Below, in pieces: positions 59,970 through 64,000 of a DNA stretch of 64,000 nucleotides. Within the stretch, counting starts at the first letter, position 1. Each line of letters begins with the position of its first letter. The translations under genes were made by a program, and so were the position numbers. The DNA is from Smithellaceae bacterium (GTDB lineage Bacteria > Desulfobacterota > Syntrophia > Syntrophales > Smithellaceae), in NCBI GenBank assembly GCA_963667845.2, contig CAXXVL010000002.1, positions 2,560,001 to 2,624,000 on the forward strand. The letters run 5' to 3'. The notes below the pieces were generated by a model. That model saw only the letters and a list, made by a program, of their open reading frames with translations. It was not told the origin of the DNA and searched no databases.

Positions 59970-61215
59970 TGTGAACACGCAAAGCGCAATCGCCGCAGTC
60001 GAGGTTCCCGGTTCCAAGAGTCTGACGCAGCGGGCTCTGATCGCCGCGGCGCTCGCCCACGGATCATCGCTGATCAGGCATGCGCTGGTGGCGGAAGACA
60101 CCGGTCACTTGATTGCCGGATTGAAAAAGCTGGGCGCGCGCATTGAACCCATTGAGAATGGTTTTTCCGTCATCGGAACCGGCGGCGTCATTGCCAATCA
60201 TGGCGGCGAGCTCTTTCTGGGAAACAACGGAACGGCGCTCCGGTTTCTGACGGCGCTGGTCTGCCTGGGACGGGGACGTTATGTGTTGACGGGTGAAAAG
60301 CGGCTATTGGAGCGGCCGGTAGGCGCCCTCGTTTCAGCCCTTCAGGAGATGGGGGTGGCGGTTTCCTGCCGCAGCCATTGTCCGCCGGTGGAGGTTACAG
60401 CCAACGGCCTCAAAGGCGGCCGGATTACCCTTACGGATATCGAAAGCTCACAGTATGTTTCGGCGTTGCTTCTGTGCGGACCGTATACCGCCAAGGGCAT
60501 TGAGTTGACTCTGGAAGGGAATATCGTTTCCACGCCCTACATCGATTTGACAATCGACGTGATGAAGGCCTTCGGGGCGAGAATTCTGCAAACCGGCGAT
60601 CGTCATTATATCGTCGGCACAGAGGCGATTTACACGGGCCGTGACTACTATGTAGAGGGGGATGCCTCCAGCGCCTCATACTTTTTTCTGGCTGCTGCGC
60701 TTATGAAGCGGCCGATTCGTGTTTACGGCGTCCGGAGAAAAAGCGCCCAGGGGGATATCCGACTGCTTACTATCCTGGAGTCACTCGGCTGCAATGTTAC
60801 AGAAGGTGAAACCTGGGTGGAAGTGTCGATGACAACGGATCTGGCTTCCGGCGACATGACGTTTGATCTGGGCGATATGCCGGATATGGTTCCGACGGTC
60901 GGTGTCCTCGCGGCTTTTCGCAAGGGGCGGACCATGATCACCAACGTCGCGCATTTAAGAATCAAGGAAAGCAATCGGCTGGCGGTGATGGCGGCCGAGC
61001 TCAACCGGATCGGCATTGGGGCGTCCGAACTGCCGGATGGCCTGATGGTTGAGGGAGGGAGTTCCCATTCCGGCGCTATCGAGACACATAATGACCACCG
61101 GATTGCCATGAGTTTTGCGATAGCGGGGTTGGTTACGCCCGGCATTGAGATTGCCGATAGAAAATGCGTGGATAAATCCTTTCCCGGTTTCTGGGCGGAG
61201 CTTAAGAAGCTATGA
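59959..61215 (+). CDS. aroA: EPSP synthase
   Basis: PGSKSLTQR, GNNGTALRFL, SSQYVSALL, LRIKESNR, DHRIAMSF. Confidence 0.95.
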   Translation: MKHNVNTQSAIAAVEVPGSKSLTQRALIAAALAHGSSLIRHALVAEDTGHLIAGLKKLGARIEPIENGFSVIGTGGVIANHGGELFLGNNGTALRFLTALVCLGRGRYVLTGEKRLLERPVGALVSALQEMGVAVSCRSHCPPVEVTANGLKGGRITLTDIESSQYVSALLLCGPYTAKGIELTLEGNIVSTPYIDLTIDVMKAFGARILQTGDRHYIVGTEAIYTGRDYYVEGDASSASYFFLAAALMKRPIRVYGVRRKSAQGDIRLLTILESLGCNVTEGETWVEVSMTTDLASGDMTFDLGDMPDMVPTVGVLAAFRKGRTMITNVAHLRIKESNRLAVMAAELNRIGIGASELPDGLMVEGGSSHSGAIETHNDHRIAMSFAIAGLVTPGIEIADRKCVDKSFPGFWAELKKL

Positions 61216-61805
61216 AAGTCTTCCTCATCGGCTACCGGGCGGCGGGAAAAACAACCATCGGCGGCCTCTTATCGCGAAAGCTGAAGATTCCGTTTGCGGA
61301 TACGGATCAGCTGATCGAAACTGCAGCCGGTATGCCGATTAAAGAACTGGTGGCCCGCGAGGGGTGGGATGCCTTCCGGGAAAAAGAAACAGAAGCGATT
61401 GCCTCGCTTCGCGGCACGGGCCTTGGCGTTGTGGCCACCGGCGGCGGCGCCGTCTTGTCCGAGGCAAACCGGATCATGCTCAAAGAAATGGGATCGATGA
61501 TTTATTTGAAGACGCCGCCGGATCTGATTGTCGAACGTTTGAAACGTGATGCGCGGGGATCGGGTGTCCGGCCGCAATTTACGGCCGAAACTCTGGAAAC
61601 CGAAACGTTAGCCGCGCTGGCCCGGCGCATCCCAGTCTATGAATCAGTGGCGGATTTCACGGTGGACACAGCCGGCAAAGGTATTATACAGGTCAGCGAC
61701 GACATTTATCAGCTGCTGCTGGAAGCGGGCATTGTTGCTGATATCGACAAAATAAAAAAACAACTGAGACGGAAGAAAAGTGGCGGGGGCGGAAATGGCG
61801 GGTAA
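61212..61805 (+). CDS. aroK: Shikimate kinase
   Basis: LIGYRAAGKTT, DTD, GW..FR..E, ATGGG. Confidence 0.92.
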   Translation: MKVFLIGYRAAGKTTIGGLLSRKLKIPFADTDQLIETAAGMPIKELVAREGWDAFREKETEAIASLRGTGLGVVATGGGAVLSEANRIMLKEMGSMIYLKTPPDLIVERLKRDARGSGVRPQFTAETLETETLAALARRIPVYESVADFTVDTAGKGIIQVSDDIYQLLLEAGIVADIDKIKKQLRRKKSGGGGNGG

Positions 61806-62868
61806 TACTTTAGGTACAGTGTTTTGCGTGACGACCTGGGGCGAGTCTCACGGGCCTGCTCTGGGCGCGGTGATCGACGGATGCCCGGCGGGTCTGGAAT
61901 TGACCGGGGCGGAGATCCAGCGGGAACTGGACCGCCGCAAGCCTTCCATAGCTACGGCTTCAACGTCGCGCAGTGAAAAAGATCAGGTGGAAATCCTGTC
62001 GGGCGTTTTTGAAGGCAAGACCACGGGCACACCCATTTCGCTCCTGATCCGCAATGCCGATGCCCGACCATCCAGTTACAGCGACTTGAAAGATGTCTTC
62101 CGGCCGGGCCACGGCGATTTTACCTACTTTAAGAAATACGGCATACGCGACTGGCGGGGCGGCGGGCGCGCATCGGGCCGGGAAACAGTCGGCCGCGTTG
62201 CTGCCGGGGCGGTCGCCCGGAAAGTGACTGCCGCGGCTGGAATAGAAGTTGTCGCTTATACCAAAAGTATCGGCGGGATTGAAATCGATCCAACTGTTGT
62301 GGCGTCTTATCAGGATTTAAAAGCCGGATTACAGCAAAATGCCCTGTTTTGCCCCGATCCCGCGGCGGCGGCGGCGATGGAAGCAAGGCTTGCGGCCGTG
62401 CGGAAAGAAGGCGATACGCTGGGCGGCGTTGTGGAAATTATCGTGCACGGGTGCCCGCCCGGCTTGGGTGAACCCGTGTTTGATAAAATGGATGCGGATC
62501 TGGCGAAAGCCCTGATGAGCATCGGGACGGTGAAGGCCGTGGAGATCGGCGATGGCTGCGCCGTGGCCGGGAAAAGAGGCTCCGAGGTTAATGACCCGAT
62601 GGATGCTGTGGGATTTGCCAAGAATTCCGCAGGCGGCGTTCTGGCCGGTATTACGACGGGCCAGGATATCGTTTTGCGGGTCTACTGCAAACCGATTCCA
62701 TCAATTGCGCTGCCTCAAGAGACCCTGGGAATGGATGGCCAAAAACGTTCCATTGAAATACAGGGACGGCACGATATCTGTGTTATTCCGAGAATTGTAC
62801 CGGTATGTGAAGCCATGGTCTGTCTTACGTTGGCGGATCACTTGCTGCGTCATAGGGCTGGCGGCTGA
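61795..62868 (+). CDS. aroC: Chorismate synthase
   Basis: TWGESHG, RPGHGD, GGGRASGRET, KPIPSI, GRHD. Confidence 0.95.
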   Translation: MAGNTLGTVFCVTTWGESHGPALGAVIDGCPAGLELTGAEIQRELDRRKPSIATASTSRSEKDQVEILSGVFEGKTTGTPISLLIRNADARPSSYSDLKDVFRPGHGDFTYFKKYGIRDWRGGGRASGRETVGRVAAGAVARKVTAAAGIEVVAYTKSIGGIEIDPTVVASYQDLKAGLQQNALFCPDPAAAAAMEARLAAVRKEGDTLGGVVEIIVHGCPPGLGEPVFDKMDADLAKALMSIGTVKAVEIGDGCAVAGKRGSEVNDPMDAVGFAKNSAGGVLAGITTGQDIVLRVYCKPIPSIALPQETLGMDGQKRSIEIQGRHDICVIPRIVPVCEAMVCLTLADHLLRHRAGG

Positions 62869-63638
62869 TGAAGAAGATTACGGCGGGGATTATCGGCGGA
62901 ACAAACGGCATGGGTCGCTGGCTGGTGGACCTGCTGGCCGAGGATTGTGTCGTTCACGTGACGGGCAGAAAGACGGCGATGACCGCGAACGATGTTGCGG
63001 AAATCTGCGATGTCGTGGTGGTGTCCGTGCCGATTGCCGCAACCGCCGGCGTGATTAAAGACATTGCCCCGCTCTTAAATGAAAATCAGTTGTTAATGGA
63101 TTTGACATCGCTAAAAGAAGAGCCTATGGCGTTGATGCTTGCGCATTCCAGGGCCTCCGTGGTCGGCTGCCACCCATTGTTCGGACCGTCCGTCACAGAG
63201 CCCGCCTTGCACAATATCGTTTTATGCCGGGGGCGGGGTGATGCCTGGTATTTGTGGATCAAGGCGATCTTTGAGAAAACCGGCTATCAGGTCCTGGAGC
63301 GGACGCCCCAGGAGCACGACCGGATGATGTCCGTTGTTCAGGTCTTGAACCACCTCAACACGATCGCGCTGGGCATGGTGATTGCCGAAAGCGGGATCCC
63401 GCTTGCCGAAATCAGTCTTTTTTCGACGCCTATTTTCAATACCAAAATGGCCATCGTTAAAAAAGTCTTCACCGAAAACCCGGAACTTTATGCCGATATC
63501 ATTGCCGGAAATCCCGATGCGGACAAGATGCTGCAAACTTACGAACGGGTCGTCCGGGAAATTCGGGATTTGGTGACTCCGGGCGATGGTGAGAAATTAA
63601 AAGACGCCATCGAGGCCGCCGCAAAAAAATTGTTCTGA
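62868..63638 (+). CDS. tyrA: Prephenate dehydrogenase
   Basis: GIIGG..GMG, DLTSLK, HPLFGP, EHDRMMS.VQ.L.H. Confidence 0.88.
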   Translation: MKKITAGIIGGTNGMGRWLVDLLAEDCVVHVTGRKTAMTANDVAEICDVVVVSVPIAATAGVIKDIAPLLNENQLLMDLTSLKEEPMALMLAHSRASVVGCHPLFGPSVTEPALHNIVLCRGRGDAWYLWIKAIFEKTGYQVLERTPQEHDRMMSVVQVLNHLNTIALGMVIAESGIPLAEISLFSTPIFNTKMAIVKKVFTENPELYADIIAGNPDADKMLQTYERVVREIRDLVTPGDGEKLKDAIEAAAKKLF

Positions 63639-63821
63639 CACCGTCTTGATCTATCCCCGGATAAAAAAAGTGCTGGTTTTCACAGGAAGGAAAATGACCC
63701 GGTGCGGGACTTCTCACAGCATCGGGAGTCCGGAGTCAACGGTTTTTTCTTTTTGATTTTTGACGGACATGGTGTATGAAAATTCTTAACGAGTTAACAA
63801 ACCTGAGGAGCAAAAAGGCCT

Positions 63822-64000
63822 ATGGAGAAAAAAACAGATCAGGTTGCCGGCATGATCGCGAAGGCCGGAAAAGTTGTCGTTTTCACGGGCGCCGGCATCA
63901 GCACGGAATCCGGCATTCCTGATTTTCGGGGTCCGGGCGGCCTCTGGACAAAATACGATCCCGACGATTTTACGATCGACAAATTCCTGGGTTCACACGC
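63822..64000 (+). CDS. cobB: NAD-dependent deacylase (sirtuin), 5' part, truncated by window end
   Basis: [42 protein letters not shown]. Confidence 0.88.
   Translation, partial: MEKKTDQVAGMIAKAGKVVVFTGAGISTESGIPDFRGPGGLWTKYDPDDFTIDKFLGSH

Noticed and set aside
63822..64000. Sirtuin as a defence (SIR2/Thoeris-type) effector
   Set aside because: Sequence is the housekeeping CobB type ([14 protein letters not shown]) in host-like composition.

Overview
Bacterial chromosomal window. Gene content (sigma-54 activators, acyl-CoA ligase, CoA transferases, OYE/FadH-type reductases) suggests an anaerobic Desulfobacterota/Syntrophales-like organism; this is inference. Core content: three divergent sigma-54 activator/promoter modules, a RAYT-type HUH transposase inside 29-bp inverted repeats, a five-Fn3 lipoprotein ending in a c-type haem domain, redox genes, CoA-transferase subunits, a DmeF-type CDF transporter, TPP riboswitch-thiM-thiE, czcCBA-like efflux, and a complete aroF-aroB-pheA-aroDE-aroA-aroK-aroC-tyrA operon. 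Highlight 1 is a visibly AT-rich island (~22.7-28.1 kb) bracketed by long inverted non-coding repeats. It encodes an orphan Dam-like MTase, a HIT nucleotide hydrolase, a multi-TM protein and an 891-aa fusion of PEP-synthase-type ATP-grasp, phospho-His swivel and MazG-like pyrophosphatase domains, making it a candidate nucleotide-centred defence system. Highlight 2 is an unannotated leader peptide (FGFWFYYYY...WRTW) with alternative terminator/antiterminator pairings, which appears to attenuate the whole aromatic operon in response to Phe, Tyr and Trp. All calls come from reading motifs by eye; no searches were run.
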